Origin: an uncultured virus (IMG/VR IMGVR_UViG_2663762966_000001)
Lineage: Duplodnaviria; Heunggongvirae; Uroviricota; Caudoviricetes
Length of the DNA: 64,000 bases
Direction: 5' to 3' (one strand)
IMG/VR virus record: IMGVR_UViG_2663762966_000001
Location: 1 to 64,000 of that record
The notes under the pieces were generated by a model that searched no databases, was not told where the DNA came from, and was given only the letters and a program-made list of their open reading frames with translations. This document shows, in pieces, positions 21,801 to 29,563 of the stretch (its first letter is position 1; each line of letters starts with the position of its first letter). The position numbers and the translations under genes are program-made.

Positions 21801-22411
21801 ACTTGATCTTTAGTTTCATCAATTTTTTCGCCTTGTTCTTTTAACTCTTCCTTTAAACTTTCTAATTTATTAAGAGCATCTTTAAATGCACCCTCAATAG
21901 CTTTAGGGTCAATAGGCACACCTGCAACCGTAAGCGTTGTGCCAACTGCCATACTACCCGCTACAGCACTATTGCCCGCAACTGAAGTATTACCCACTAC
22001 AGTGCTATTTCCCGTTAATGTGCTATTACCAGTTTGTTGAGTATTAGCTTGTACATTCATTAACGGCGTTTTGATCGAAACGGTTGTGCCAGAATCTACT
22101 TTTAAATTTTCTTTAGAGATAAATTCAATATTGTCTTGTCGAATACGGCGCACACCTACAATCGCGCCGTCTCCGTGACTGACATAACTATGGATTACTG
22201 GACGTTCTTCATTACCATTTTCAAAGAAGACATAGACGTCTTCCCCATCCACAATTTGAATTTCTGTATCTAAATCACTATCGCCGACTGGATAAGCAAA
22301 AGTTGCTGTAATTCCTTCACTCGCGCCATCAGTTAAACCATGAATGTGTACTTGTGCAGTACGACCTTTTGCGTTGTAACTTAAAATCTTTGCACGTTTT
22401 AAACCATTCAT
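12842..22411 (-). CDS. Giant (3189 aa) baseplate spike / central fibre chimera
   Basis: N-terminal gpV-like region with beta-helix repeats (GNSTLTGNSTVVGNTSV); long coiled coils; several carbohydrate-binding-like modules; ILEI-like domain; DUF1983/J-like C-terminus (FQADRIFF..PFIVQDNQVIMNSDVFI). Confidence 0.75.
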   Translation of the reverse strand: MNGLKRAKILSYNAKGRTAQVHIHGLTDGASEGITATFAYPVGDSDLDTEIQIVDGEDVYVFFENGNEERPVIHSYVSHGDGAIVGVRRIRQDNIEFISKENLKVDSGTTVSIKTPLMNVQANTQQTGNSTLTGNSTVVGNTSVAGNSAVAGSMAVGTTLTVAGVPIDPKAIEGAFKDALNKLESLKEELKEQGEKIDETKDQVSQEIDEKIKEVEELIENIKDSDAFKLLEEGMKHFDEEVQKIHEQVKEVNQIAQNKVDEVRAYIDQEINNTKLIVDQHNNEANLRLDEANQRIDQSIQANEALVADAQQRAIRAEKELDDKIGFIKSETDSIIADVRSDSNEIRLVAENAKKIADQEVLDRKKQAADTLNVIDQTKAALKQDIDQNLVKAGQMIDDAKLALGEETNTLINQKIEPVVTQTEAAVKKVDQIAAQYIDLDKKVDSGFLAEAEARANDKEALTQSFELKFAEMQNEFGKSNALISEDIKTLAAQDKAFTEQISTAQSQIGDNKTAINKVERTVSDLNQSIAEKTSQIESTLKNSQEQIEGNAANIEKVESSVKLVDEKVVSEAKKLEDLKTDFNSNKTKTESDIATITQSVSDGDKALSLRIDQTKAALEEADRKSNANILEVTESLTELEQSTASKFSELDTSISKENLKVQGQITDVQKSVSTLESNTNTSINGLSSSLKTTDDLAKLAFDNAAEAQQTGTTAVKATEALSQNLLSLKSQTQVTSGVRAVVTTKGIDDWTRWRTTAEAKVIQDSDALGGYILELGNNADNDETWVHWNEFVKINPDTLYRVRARFRRVLGENGSIYLGVACKNADQSKYVTTTNTLAEDMGSSNYLLSAIKPNLGEWQEVVLYMKGKSTGAATGLGTIDNPRTFPAQAEFYAPIFIANYNFQTGICQLNYIIVEDNNSLASANDATATANDLFKTATNRTEAEAERTSKLETRMQNAETGIQSNAQALLKTATKSDLESAMGRVSTDITAAVDNLKIGGVNAVANSEAPRTSTATTSREYLMYERSKELKVFYDENLDKPVTISFEVSVPVAGSVQVYSSNGSAHFFTTSVTVTKANEFQKFAVTVFPKFNTGSSTESTIEFYGTYGSGRIPTIQKLQIEAGNKPTAWSPSPRDTQSSLNANAEAIKITQAEVKKHGETLSSQSLDISKLRNDLNLTNNEVNKKASSEALEATKSDVTEQAGQIKAVTEQATALSASLSRAAAAGSNLLIQSNVVGKYNGTSYPHLSYKLGEDWEVGAKYTLMWCAEHQRNGADTNSNLAVYAGGGQQALQSVVNTNGKVINKITFVKNNQVIEKRALNFYMINSPTAAQGSVGTVYWAVLVRGDLITTESWIPSAYDYNAAVDQVNANFNDFKQTYVTEKEALTKRTSSLETGLSNAEKNIDNTAKALQNYATTAKLDEATANQTNQLNAQIKNVKASIESANDSDSLLPDFNLKNPEDWINYYSYDLKIHFKTTNTGKVGNTVFRKDSSNQAGCWIYSRKALPTNRSYKVSFWVRRSADSTGDCSITAMYGKADGSFSNATITASVIALNRIPANEEWVYIEQVVTFNTHPQMKLGFALGHNGSGGWWELQAYRVNSVLTDKDVDTSLVRATQLQNYSTTADTNKAVATATDALEAKFKQKFGNLWTDSSATLDSTRYTKAETNKAIAEESKILKATISSSGGDNLIKNGDFYAPFSISNWRQNAVVEGNVLEVFKDAYGANWGRFRSTNSSTYFKGFIESITIADGLEINQTYTLSLKAKALTAAQKTLLLIIHRYDGTGNNQVVNEWNIATDKEVLCTYNFDTNINNLQYINIILCAQVGYAPDFLIREVQLEKGELATGFRKNPREIEKGLEANSLAIIGTKTDVQKNLEKIQVLTENYTTLKSTVDTNKLTVDGKFQEINSTISDNQQNITQSINSLDSNYKQLNQDLGQVFNYRVYSSGWNNDFTGIKNLKGETISVASNRGFSVHVLAADGSIATSTRYDTYGDPANAVAMSNAINEIPKDTFVIITNYDYIAMNLNTVKAALLSLGANQFTLDQITGRDAYILIGQKGIGAGRGIELHATPDSGLNGAKQIMVAVQVVSGIPLGLANNSGNLQKVLENHAQILQQKITRSDAKEVFAEEIKSFSAKLDTIQYAEDNWILLGDETKTLNVSTGTNQTFPVWELQYKIKELPIAKGDPVVIRIKYNASAGLIGAVCTIQFHGAVYGLGLPLFTVQASGELELTGIFPSDVKATNFEFVPLGLRFDNAPSAGTFSVSNIFISRGNSAPNFKGGFKTTLKQNAKFVEDTFINADVNKGVIAQQIQQYDASVPGGLSTVLKTTKAAADQTSKDLINLRNNDITQLQTSTDNLGSALENTTKLAMMITNGKLLYGDVNFKKGMNNVGTYNNLGNGTVSVTREAKSADNPTTSTHELRIVTTGSASPNFGGFHQQFFTRSNAIFIIKYLIKLPIGYKLYPAANLMGDGSVDKFIGSTDGTGRFEVYVRMVKSGATGRFDTSGFVHVAGGPAPTPESPLIWTLAQIECYDVTDYASADPNLQDFVSTANESLGTLTNFKETWASKLTEMSSKLDRTNSAYILNSDLTNTNIERAIAASSNQLKSEYIDPLQKNTESLKENILTNVDLSGLNPDIYYPVIFQLATGKQKYDFKVFCTLGGQNNSNVPWATHGTRSFGLNCEWSVTANGWGTQAENRIIDKFSFSWTAQSPLINIKQMPNSSIETVFLRGGARYDISHYKTITPLIKTESFTALGQSIEPIQYNSSLVPVPIFAEIVKAQDTAAAASRTVADIQRDYVTSSKLNEAVASSNERLSALYSANSQTIMASALQTFEKDWIIRTPSGSRIGMRLIEDQTCRGGYALRMGDNSGNDEIWLNWFSTLPIDDNKMYRIKYRYRRVSGAGVVYVGATCFNAAKSAFITDANYINGDIGSSHYVVGGAAPALGSWVTGVAYFKGRSAGASSGAGTLTNPKTFANKAAFFTPVFIGNYAAQAGEVDLDYIDIEDADNIAEFESFKTTYTTDVGAYAGSLQTLTSVYGPNAINLKSQVDLINGMKGKYVMGMDNNGVFSGLSMVSEQNNGTVQTSIGFQADRIFFTTGSSSTKYMPFIVQDNQVIMNSDVFIKNLTAANFKAKSLTAEVLNVDSLSSITGNFGTFISVAPDGSKQIISGGSTQIFYPNGNLAMRIGIK

Positions 22412-22420
22412 ATATTTGAC

Positions 22421-23314
22421 CTACAAATTAGCAATCCAGAACTTTGATGAAGTCCCCATTGATCCCCCGATTGCGCCTGTATCTATATGATGTGCAGCAG
22501 TTAAAACGACATACTTCTTACTATCTATTTCAAATATATCGCCTGCATTCCAGTTCAAATTTAGTGGTCTAATAATGGTCCCACGCATAATCAAAACTTT
22601 TTCCAAGTTTTTGACTTGTCGGGCATCTAAACCAGCTCTTTGCGTCACAGTGTGGCCTGGGGTTATTGAGTCATCACCAACAACCGTTGAACCGTTATTC
22701 TCAACTGTGACAAAAGATGATTTTTGCATCAGTTCCAAAGGTTTACTTGATATCCAAACGACACTGCTAGGATCTAGTTTTGTGATAGGTTCCTTTTTGA
22801 AGAAAGAATCAATTTTTTGAGCAGACACTTTATTATTTTGAAAGCAAATTACAGCTGCTTCTTGTTGCAGATAATGAGCCAAGCGCTGTGTAGGCATACT
22901 ACCCTTTAAACAAACAAATTTAGGCAAAGGTAAATCACTGCCCAGACTGATCGTTGCACCACAAGCTCGAATTACTGAATTAAAAGAAGTTTCATTACTA
23001 ATAATTGCTTGCTTTGAATATTCGATAAGTCTTTTACAACCAGCCAAAATACCAATACATGAGATGCCACCTACTCGCCGATCTTGTTTAATAGTCTGAG
23101 TTTTTAGAGGGGTAACTTTGATAAGTTCGAAAGGATGAGATATGTCATTTACAGTAAGTAGCTCCCCTTCTTTTAAAAGGGAGTCTAATTCAGTAGTAGA
23201 TTGAACTGTGAACTCAATAGATGCGGGAATAGGTACGAGATCAGTTCTTAAAGTTGCACTAATCAGCTCAGACGCTGGAATAATTTTACCCGCAGATACA
23301 ATGGTGATTTGCAT
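22421..23314 (-). CDS. Baseplate hub-like protein (P1-type)
   Basis: 297 aa immediately upstream of the spike gene; LRTDLVPIP motif. Confidence 0.55.
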   Translation of the reverse strand: MQITIVSAGKIIPASELISATLRTDLVPIPASIEFTVQSTTELDSLLKEGELLTVNDISHPFELIKVTPLKTQTIKQDRRVGGISCIGILAGCKRLIEYSKQAIISNETSFNSVIRACGATISLGSDLPLPKFVCLKGSMPTQRLAHYLQQEAAVICFQNNKVSAQKIDSFFKKEPITKLDPSSVVWISSKPLELMQKSSFVTVENNGSTVVGDDSITPGHTVTQRAGLDARQVKNLEKVLIMRGTIIRPLNLNWNAGDIFEIDSKKYVVLTAAHHIDTGAIGGSMGTSSKFWIANL

Positions 23315-23763
23315 TAACGGTTCCCCAAGTTAAAATTAAAACTCATTGGGGCCATACAAAACGCAAGTTTAGGCAAAGCGTCTTTCTTTTCATTATAGTT
23401 CTGTTGAGCTTCTGATACAGATAGCCCATAACTTTCGACTCCGAGCCCACGAGTAGCTTCAACCAATCTAGCTTGCAAAAGATCACAGTGAGCTTTTACT
23501 AAAGGTTGGATGATTACGTACTCATCACCGCTAAGTTCGATAGTTTCATTCAGTTCAATACTCGTGGTAGCTTTAGTTTGACAATCTAAAACAGCCCATC
23601 CGGCATAATATTTTGCCTCATCTAAAAATGCTTTCACGATATCATCAAGCAAAATTGAATAGCCCGATAATTGATATTCTTTATAGAGTTCTTCTGAAAG
23701 TTGCTGGATAGAACCAGCAACTACAGCATACCCTTCAGATTCAGGTAATAACTTCATAGCCAT
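23314..23763 (-). CDS. Hypothetical tail/baseplate protein
   Basis: Translationally coupled 149-aa ORF. Confidence 0.5.
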   Translation of the reverse strand: MAMKLLPESEGYAVVAGSIQQLSEELYKEYQLSGYSILLDDIVKAFLDEAKYYAGWAVLDCQTKATTSIELNETIELSGDEYVIIQPLVKAHCDLLQARLVEATRGLGVESYGLSVSEAQQNYNEKKDALPKLAFCMAPMSFNFNLGNR

Positions 23764-24407
23764 TACCCGAAAAGATTGCCTAATGTACGTGATGTCGCAT
23801 TAATCGTTGAGTTGCGTACAGCTTGTTGAGCAGTATTGATTACCTGCTGAACGCGATTCACAAGTTCAGCTGTACCATCAATTTCTTTTTTACCCGGCTG
23901 AATACTGCCGTTGGTACCAATGTTTGCGAAGCTACCAAAGTAGTTATAGTCGATTGGGCAAGAAACTGTCATAACTTGAGATCGGCTATCTGAATCATAC
24001 TCAGCTGACTCAAAGCGTATAGCACAGTTTTCAAGTGCATAAGAACGGGTAAAACTACCTAAACGGCCATCGTAATAATCACCATGGATGATTCCACCAC
24101 TAGCTACGACATATTCAGCTAATAGTTGATCATGCCCTGCTTCAGTTACTAGGATTTGAAGGTTGCCTGTGTAATGGGTTTTCGGGGGACCAGCAACAAT
24201 TCCAGTAAATCCACCCGCATATTGAACTTCTGCTGGATCTTCATTACTCACAATTGGCCGTGGGCAACTTTTAAATAAGAAGCGAAGGTCTTCCATGCCA
24301 CGAGGAACAAACATCCCCTGACACGCTAATAATGGTGAACCAAGTTGCTGTAGAGCAATGTAATCTTGTTTAAGCTGATTTAGTAAAATCGGATTAGATT
24401 GTTGCAT
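23763..24407 (-). CDS. Putative tail tube/baseplate protein
   Basis: First gene of a TGGAAC-promoter operon; ATG at 24407 preferred over the TTG-extended start. Confidence 0.5.
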   Translation of the reverse strand: MQQSNPILLNQLKQDYIALQQLGSPLLACQGMFVPRGMEDLRFLFKSCPRPIVSNEDPAEVQYAGGFTGIVAGPPKTHYTGNLQILVTEAGHDQLLAEYVVASGGIIHGDYYDGRLGSFTRSYALENCAIRFESAEYDSDSRSQVMTVSCPIDYNYFGSFANIGTNGSIQPGKKEIDGTAELVNRVQQVINTAQQAVRNSTINATSRTLGNLFG

Positions 24408-24533
24408 AATTTTGATGCTCAAAATGCAGATTTATGCAACAAGATTAAGGATGTTTTTGCTATTGGTTTTTAATCAGTTCCATTTTAGAAAACTGACTTT
24501 ATATTAATAAAAAACCCGCAAAAGCGGGCTATA

Positions 24534-24800
24534 TCACATCTGTTTATAGATAACATCTCGCCTATCTACATCAAGAACAAGAACTACGACTACATCATCC
24601 TTGACTTGATATAAAAGGCGGTATCCTGCTGATTTCAGTTTAATCTTATATAGATCAACTGATCCTCTCAGCTTATTCTTCGGTATCTTAGGGTTATCTA
24701 GGATTGCTTCCAGCTTACGAATAAACTGCTCAGCGATTTGTGGGTTAAGTTTGTCAAACTTTTTAAGAGCTGTTTTTGAGAACTCTAGCTCGTAACTCAT
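24534..24800 (-). CDS. relE: Type II toxin, RelE/StbE family
   Basis: MSYELEFSKTALK..KL...YKIKLKSAGYRLLYQV.D. Confidence 0.9.
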   Translation of the reverse strand: MSYELEFSKTALKKFDKLNPQIAEQFIRKLEAILDNPKIPKNKLRGSVDLYKIKLKSAGYRLLYQVKDDVVVVLVLDVDRRDVIYKQM

Positions 24801-25038
24801 TAATAGATACCTTCACAGTTTCGTCAGTATCAACTTGCTCGGCTAGTTTAATTAGTTCCTGATCTTCAATTAGATCCATCATGCGTTCATACATTGCTGC
24901 CGGAACACAGTAGAATTCTGGATTATTTCTATTCAGAATAGCTACTGCTTCGCCAAAAGCATTTTGTACAACTGCTGTAGGATTCTTTTTTAATTCAGAA
25001 ACACTAGCCACAAATCGACTATGGATTATGTGGTTCAT
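24763..25038 (-). CDS. Phd/YefM-fold antitoxin, StbD-like
   Basis: ASVSELKKNP...AVAILNRNNPEFYCVPA; upstream of and overlapping relE. Confidence 0.85.
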   Translation of the reverse strand: MNHIIHSRFVASVSELKKNPTAVVQNAFGEAVAILNRNNPEFYCVPAAMYERMMDLIEDQELIKLAEQVDTDETVKVSINELRARVLKNSS

Positions 25039-25154
25039 GACGTTTCTCATTTGATGTGTCCTACATCAATTTGTAGCCAATTGATTAGAACCGTCCTCAG
25101 AAAGTTAAGTTTGCTACAGGGTTAACTCAATATAAACAATTTGAAGATCTGTTT

Positions 25155-25186
25155 CAAGACCTGTTTAACAACCACTTAATAGGTCT
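25155..25186. promoter_or_regulatory. Inverted repeat, candidate TA operator
   Basis: AAGACCT-N18-AGGTCTT upstream of the antitoxin. Confidence 0.35.
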
Positions 25187-25230
25187 TAATAAAAAAGCCA
25201 CCCTAAAAGGTAGCTTTTTAAATCAGCTTT

Positions 25231-25283
25231 TTATCCAATATTTGGTGGTACTCGCAGAACCTGTACTGAAGGTACACCCCGAT
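25231..25283 (-). repeat. Copy of the 3' end of gene 27024..27341
   Basis: 53 bp, 1 mismatch versus 27024-27076. Confidence 0.9.
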
Positions 25284-25417
25284 ACACACCCATGAAGCAT
25301 ATCGTTGATGGCATTGGCTTAGATTGGGCTTCTCAGTTTGTTAAGTTAAAACAAATAGTTAATCAAGTTGTTATGATTTTCATAATAACTGATTTTCTTG
25401 TAATGTGCCTAAAATAG
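25283..25417 (+). pseudogene. Diverged antirepressor N-terminal fragment
   Basis: Translates to YTPMKHIVDGIGLDWASQFVKLK..., aligning with YTPMKPIVEGMGLAWQSQLAKLN of 26042..26938. Confidence 0.75.
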
Positions 25418-25494
25418 AAAGGATCTGATTCAGTACTGGGCAACTTTGTTCTAGCTGTATTTACTGCCGGTGCATAAGCTAAAGCTTTGGACAT
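25414..25494 (-). repeat. Copy of the 5' end of the gene starting at 81
   Basis: 81 bp, 4 mismatches versus 1-81. Confidence 0.9.
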
Positions 25495-25583
25495 AATAAT
25501 GACCCTATTCATTGAATAAAGCCATTATTTACAATGAGGAAAGCTTAGAAGTTAGTTAGTTCCAACTCCACAAGAAAAATATT

Positions 25584-25838
25584 TTAGTTTTCGATATCTT
25601 TATCATCACATTCAAGCCAAAAGACATCTTCAAACTTCTCGCATACACCAGCTTTTTTTAGTTCGGTGTAAATGAGTAAGGCACGATAAACACTGATGTG
25701 TTTTCCTGCTTCTGCATCTTTTATATACCTATTAAGCACATGATTATTTGATATAAATCCGCATTGTTTAGCTAATTGATAAACTGTCATACCAGCTTGC
25801 TCTCGCAAAGTTGCGACATTGTTTTTTTCAACCATCAC
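25584..25838 (-). CDS. XRE/Cro-like HTH regulator
   Basis: LREQAGMTVYQLAKQCG; divergent from the antirepressor. Confidence 0.7.
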   Translation of the reverse strand: MMVEKNNVATLREQAGMTVYQLAKQCGFISNNHVLNRYIKDAEAGKHISVYRALLIYTELKKAGVCEKFEDVFWLECDDKDIEN

Positions 25839-26041
25839 GATATACCAAAAAATATTTAGTTCAGTGTATCACAAGAACAATTGCTATTAAATATAATTTT
25901 ATTAATACTCGTAATTGCTATTATATTTAATAGTTGTTATATTTAACTCATCAGGACAGGATATGGTCTTGATAAAAAGAACCCCTTGTACCGATCAAAG
26001 TAAACAAGGGGTTATATCCAATCTCTAAGAGGAAATTAGAC

Positions 26042-26938
26042 ATGACTACTTTAACTCAAATCACCGTACCTTTCCACAATGCTGAGTTGTACTTGGTGGA
26101 ACATGATGGTCAGCCATATACACCCATGAAGCCTATTGTTGAGGGTATGGGGTTAGCTTGGCAGTCTCAATTAGCAAAACTGAATGCCAATCCTCAACGA
26201 TGGGGTATAACGAAAATCGTTATACCTACTCTTGGCGACTTACAGGAAATGGTTTGTCTACCACTAAGAAAACTTCTTGCTTGGCTCACCACCATCAGTC
26301 CTAACAAAGTAAAACCTGAACTTCGTGACACTGTCATCATGTACCAAAACGAATGTGATGATGTCTTATGGAATTACTGGACAAAAGGCCAAGTAATCAA
26401 TCATAGAAAAGCTATCTCACCTGAACAACAGCATGCTTTACATGCAATCGTCGATCGTCGTGCAGGAAAAGATCGAAGTTTAAGAGCCTCTATGTGGATA
26501 CGTCATAATCGCCACTTTGGAATTGCTAAATATAGCCAATTGCTTTCAATCCATTTTGATGATGCGAAGCAGTATCTTGAGACAATACCACTTCATGAGC
26601 TAGGCCCAACCGAAACAGATACACTTAAACGTTTAGAAAAATTTGTAGATAATCTCGCTGCACGGTATCCAGCATTAGAAAATCCGCTAGCTTATGAAAT
26701 AGCACAGCATGTAGGTGAGAAGCTAAAGTATCAATCTCCCAAAGGTCCGAAAAACTTCTGGATTTCGATTCAGGAAAACGGCGCTCTTTCAGTACAGCAA
26801 TATTCTCTACACCACACGCCCATTAATGTCGTGCAACTACGCGAAAAGTTTAATGGGCTATGGGAGTTTCTTCATAAGGATGAAGTACTTGAGCTTGGCA
26901 AAGTATTAAAACGCTTTCCTTTTGAACCTGTGAACTGA
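26042..26938 (+). CDS. Phage antirepressor (P22 Ant N-terminal domain)
   Basis: VPFH...PYTPMKPIVEGMGL.W..Q..KL...CLPLRKL.AWL.TISPNKVKPE...YQNECDDVLW.YWTKG. Confidence 0.9.
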   Translation: MTTLTQITVPFHNAELYLVEHDGQPYTPMKPIVEGMGLAWQSQLAKLNANPQRWGITKIVIPTLGDLQEMVCLPLRKLLAWLTTISPNKVKPELRDTVIMYQNECDDVLWNYWTKGQVINHRKAISPEQQHALHAIVDRRAGKDRSLRASMWIRHNRHFGIAKYSQLLSIHFDDAKQYLETIPLHELGPTETDTLKRLEKFVDNLAARYPALENPLAYEIAQHVGEKLKYQSPKGPKNFWISIQENGALSVQQYSLHHTPINVVQLREKFNGLWEFLHKDEVLELGKVLKRFPFEPVN

Positions 26939-27023
26939 AAGGGCATATCATTAAATTAAGACGTTCCTACTGGAACTCCCCTTATATTAAAGCCAGCTAT
27001 ACAGCTGGCTTTCTTTTTAGAAC

Positions 27024-27341
27024 TTATCCAATATTTGGTGGTACTCGCAGAACCTGTAATGAAGGTACACCCCGATCTAGCGCATCTTGGACACAACGAT
27101 AATCAGGATTATTTGGTTCATAACCAAGTTCACCACGGATATTACCCTTATGTATTGTCATCGGTGCATCAAAACGCCCACGCATAAAACGACCAATAAT
27201 AATTGTGTCAGTTAATGATTGATTGGTCTTTATTTCTGTTTTATCAGTTTTTTTCTGATATTGAATACCAGGCGCTTCACCTATGATTTGAGTTGTATTC
27301 ATGAGTATTTCCTTAATTAAATGGATTATAGGTAAAGCCAA
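27024..27341 (-). CDS. Small protein resembling a tail-sheath N-terminal segment
   Basis: GEAPGIQY...IIGRF.RGR.D.P....LG motif; true start probably MNTTQ. Confidence 0.45.
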   Translation of the reverse strand: MALPIIHLIKEILMNTTQIIGEAPGIQYQKKTDKTEIKTNQSLTDTIIIGRFMRGRFDAPMTIHKGNIRGELGYEPNNPDYRCVQDALDRGVPSLQVLRVPPNIG

Positions 27342-27363
27342 AAATGACCTTACCTATGAGTAA

Positions 27364-28131
27364 TTAGTAAATACCTAAGCGTTTACCTTTTTTGAATGAA
27401 CGTAAACGCTTGTTGATTGCATTTGCAGTAAAAGCATGAAGTCGAGCTTTTTTCATACCAGCTTTTTGTGCTGCAGTTAAACGGACCTTTTGACCAGGTA
27501 ATCGTTTATTCACAACGGTTTTGACACCTTGACGAATAGCCAGCACACCACGGTAGTGAATTTTTCGCCCATTTACTTTCCGTTGGCTAAATGCTCCATT
27601 TCGAGCTTTAATTTTTTTAGCCATTGAATCGAAACCTTCTTCAGTTTCATCTGCTTCACCGAAAATAAACTCACGAACCAGTTCTTCAAGTTCAGGGCCT
27701 TCGTCTGGCATATTAGCAAGAACTGTATTGGCTGCTGCTTCTAACGCCGCATCAGCAACTTCTGTATCATCACTAAAGATCTCTTCAATATCAGTAGCGT
27801 CAACGCCAAATGTTAAGAAAGCATCGGAAAGAGACGCCATCAAAGCGTTTTCATAGATACCGTCTTCATCATCTGCACCATCTAATGCATCGACAATTAA
27901 TGCGTCTAAATGATCAACGCCCAGTTCACCTTCTTCAAGCTTACCTTCACTGATTGTATCTACCGTATCAGATAGAATGTTCAGAGCAATTTGTCGTACT
28001 TGTTCAATCACAGATTGCTGTTCTCGATCAGTACTTGAAACCTTACTTACAACGGTAGAAATATTCTCCGCTGCTGAATCAAAAGCACGTAAAGCTAAAG
28101 GTTTTTCTGTAGTTGGGCCAAATGGATTCAT
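27364..28131 (-). CDS. Acidic protein with basic C-terminus, probable internal head protein
   Basis: D/E-rich body, K/R-rich tail, two FDS motifs. Confidence 0.45.
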   Translation of the reverse strand: MNPFGPTTEKPLALRAFDSAAENISTVVSKVSSTDREQQSVIEQVRQIALNILSDTVDTISEGKLEEGELGVDHLDALIVDALDGADDEDGIYENALMASLSDAFLTFGVDATDIEEIFSDDTEVADAALEAAANTVLANMPDEGPELEELVREFIFGEADETEEGFDSMAKKIKARNGAFSQRKVNGRKIHYRGVLAIRQGVKTVVNKRLPGQKVRLTAAQKAGMKKARLHAFTANAINKRLRSFKKGKRLGIY

Positions 28132-28149
28132 CTTGATAGATCCTTAAAA

Positions 28150-29445
28150 TTATTTAACTAAAACGTCGTCATCAAAAATTGCGGCACGAGTTGTACCAAC
28201 AACTCCATGGGCTAAATAGAGTCGTACACGCTCATATGGATAGTCTTTGTCAGGTATTAAACTGAACTCAAAAGGTTTACCACCTAGATCTTCAGCCGGT
28301 TGTAACCAACCGGTTGTTTCACTAGAAGCACCCTCTAAAAACTCTTGAATTTCATCACCAGCTTTTTTGATATAGTCCGGTGTAGCTTGGAACATGTAAG
28401 TTCTAAGGATTTCGATACATTTATTCGTAACTCGTGCCGCAATCTCAGCTGCAGGAACTAAACGCAATGCACTATTTTTACTTTGATACTGGGTTAATAC
28501 ATCACTTAAAACGAATAATGTAGTTTCAAACTTAACTGGGCGAACTACATTTACTTTAGCCTTTGCCAACATTTCTTGAGTCTGTTCATCTTCAAGATCA
28601 ATATTCGGCATCTGGCTTAAGTTTTTTGCTGTAAATGGATAATCTTTCCAAGCTACTGCATTTTTTAACGGCGCAAAGCCTTGTTTATTTAACTTTGCGT
28701 TACGTAATAATTTATCGCCGATGTAATGGCCCAAATAATAAGCTGGGACCTTACGCCCTCTTAGTGTGACAGCACCAGATGGACGGCATAGGTTCGGACT
28801 CCAAATGAATTGAACAAACTGTGATTGTGCATCTACACTTGTCGCAAATTGAGCTGCTTGCTCAGCTGTAAAAGTTGGGTTGATTTCAGCATCCAAAGGA
28901 ATACGTAACTTTGTAGCTGCACGTTGTGCCGCAACATAAATTGGTAAATCATGAGGATTTGGTAAAGTCAGATATGCTGGTGTACTTAATTGACTCGTCA
29001 GAATCTTATATAGTTCATCTGGATTAAATGATGGTAACGATTCATCTTCCAATGCCAATGTTTTTGAAGCACGACCTAAGCTATTTGATTCGTTATAAGC
29101 ATTTGATTTGAGTATTGCTTGTAACGCATCAATACCTAACGATAAATCAAAACGCTCAAAATATTCTTTCGCATCAGCTACAGCGACAATAGAAGCAGAA
29201 TTTTCAATGTCTCCATCTACTAATCCCTGAACAGTAACAATTTGATCACCTGTTACCGCATCACGGATTTCCAAACGCATAGAAATATCTGCAGGACCGC
29301 GTGGGCTAGTTACTTTCGCAAAAAAGGCCACATTGATTTCTGTATTTGCAAGATAACTGTGAGTATCAAATTCCAGTTTTAGTGATGGGCTGGCCCCTGC
29401 TACAAGGGATAGCTCACCTGTACTTGATAGAGCAAGTATATTCAT
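28150..29445 (-). CDS. Contractile tail sheath protein (P1 gp22-like)
   Basis: Sheath-like C-terminal domain (LAKAKVNVVRP...D.LTQY..GWL); context. Confidence 0.7.
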   Translation of the reverse strand: MNILALSSTGELSLVAGASPSLKLEFDTHSYLANTEINVAFFAKVTSPRGPADISMRLEIRDAVTGDQIVTVQGLVDGDIENSASIVAVADAKEYFERFDLSLGIDALQAILKSNAYNESNSLGRASKTLALEDESLPSFNPDELYKILTSQLSTPAYLTLPNPHDLPIYVAAQRAATKLRIPLDAEINPTFTAEQAAQFATSVDAQSQFVQFIWSPNLCRPSGAVTLRGRKVPAYYLGHYIGDKLLRNAKLNKQGFAPLKNAVAWKDYPFTAKNLSQMPNIDLEDEQTQEMLAKAKVNVVRPVKFETTLFVLSDVLTQYQSKNSALRLVPAAEIAARVTNKCIEILRTYMFQATPDYIKKAGDEIQEFLEGASSETTGWLQPAEDLGGKPFEFSLIPDKDYPYERVRLYLAHGVVGTTRAAIFDDDVLVK

Positions 29446-29563
29446 TACATTACACGCCCAAGGCTATTTGTTTTAAGTATTTTGAGCCGTTGGCTTTTTT
29501 GATTTTCTGGCTAGTTCCAATGTAAAAAAAACCACTCGAAAGTGGTTTTTCATTTCCTAAATT

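Noticed and set aside
25231..25494. Diversity-generating retroelement template or CRISPR-like array
   Set aside because: No reverse transcriptase or cas gene in the window, mismatches are not adenine-specific, and there is no repeat-spacer periodicity
26971..26976. TGGAAC on the + strand after the antirepressor
   Set aside because: No -10-like hexamer at 29 nt and no downstream + strand gene; it runs into a terminator
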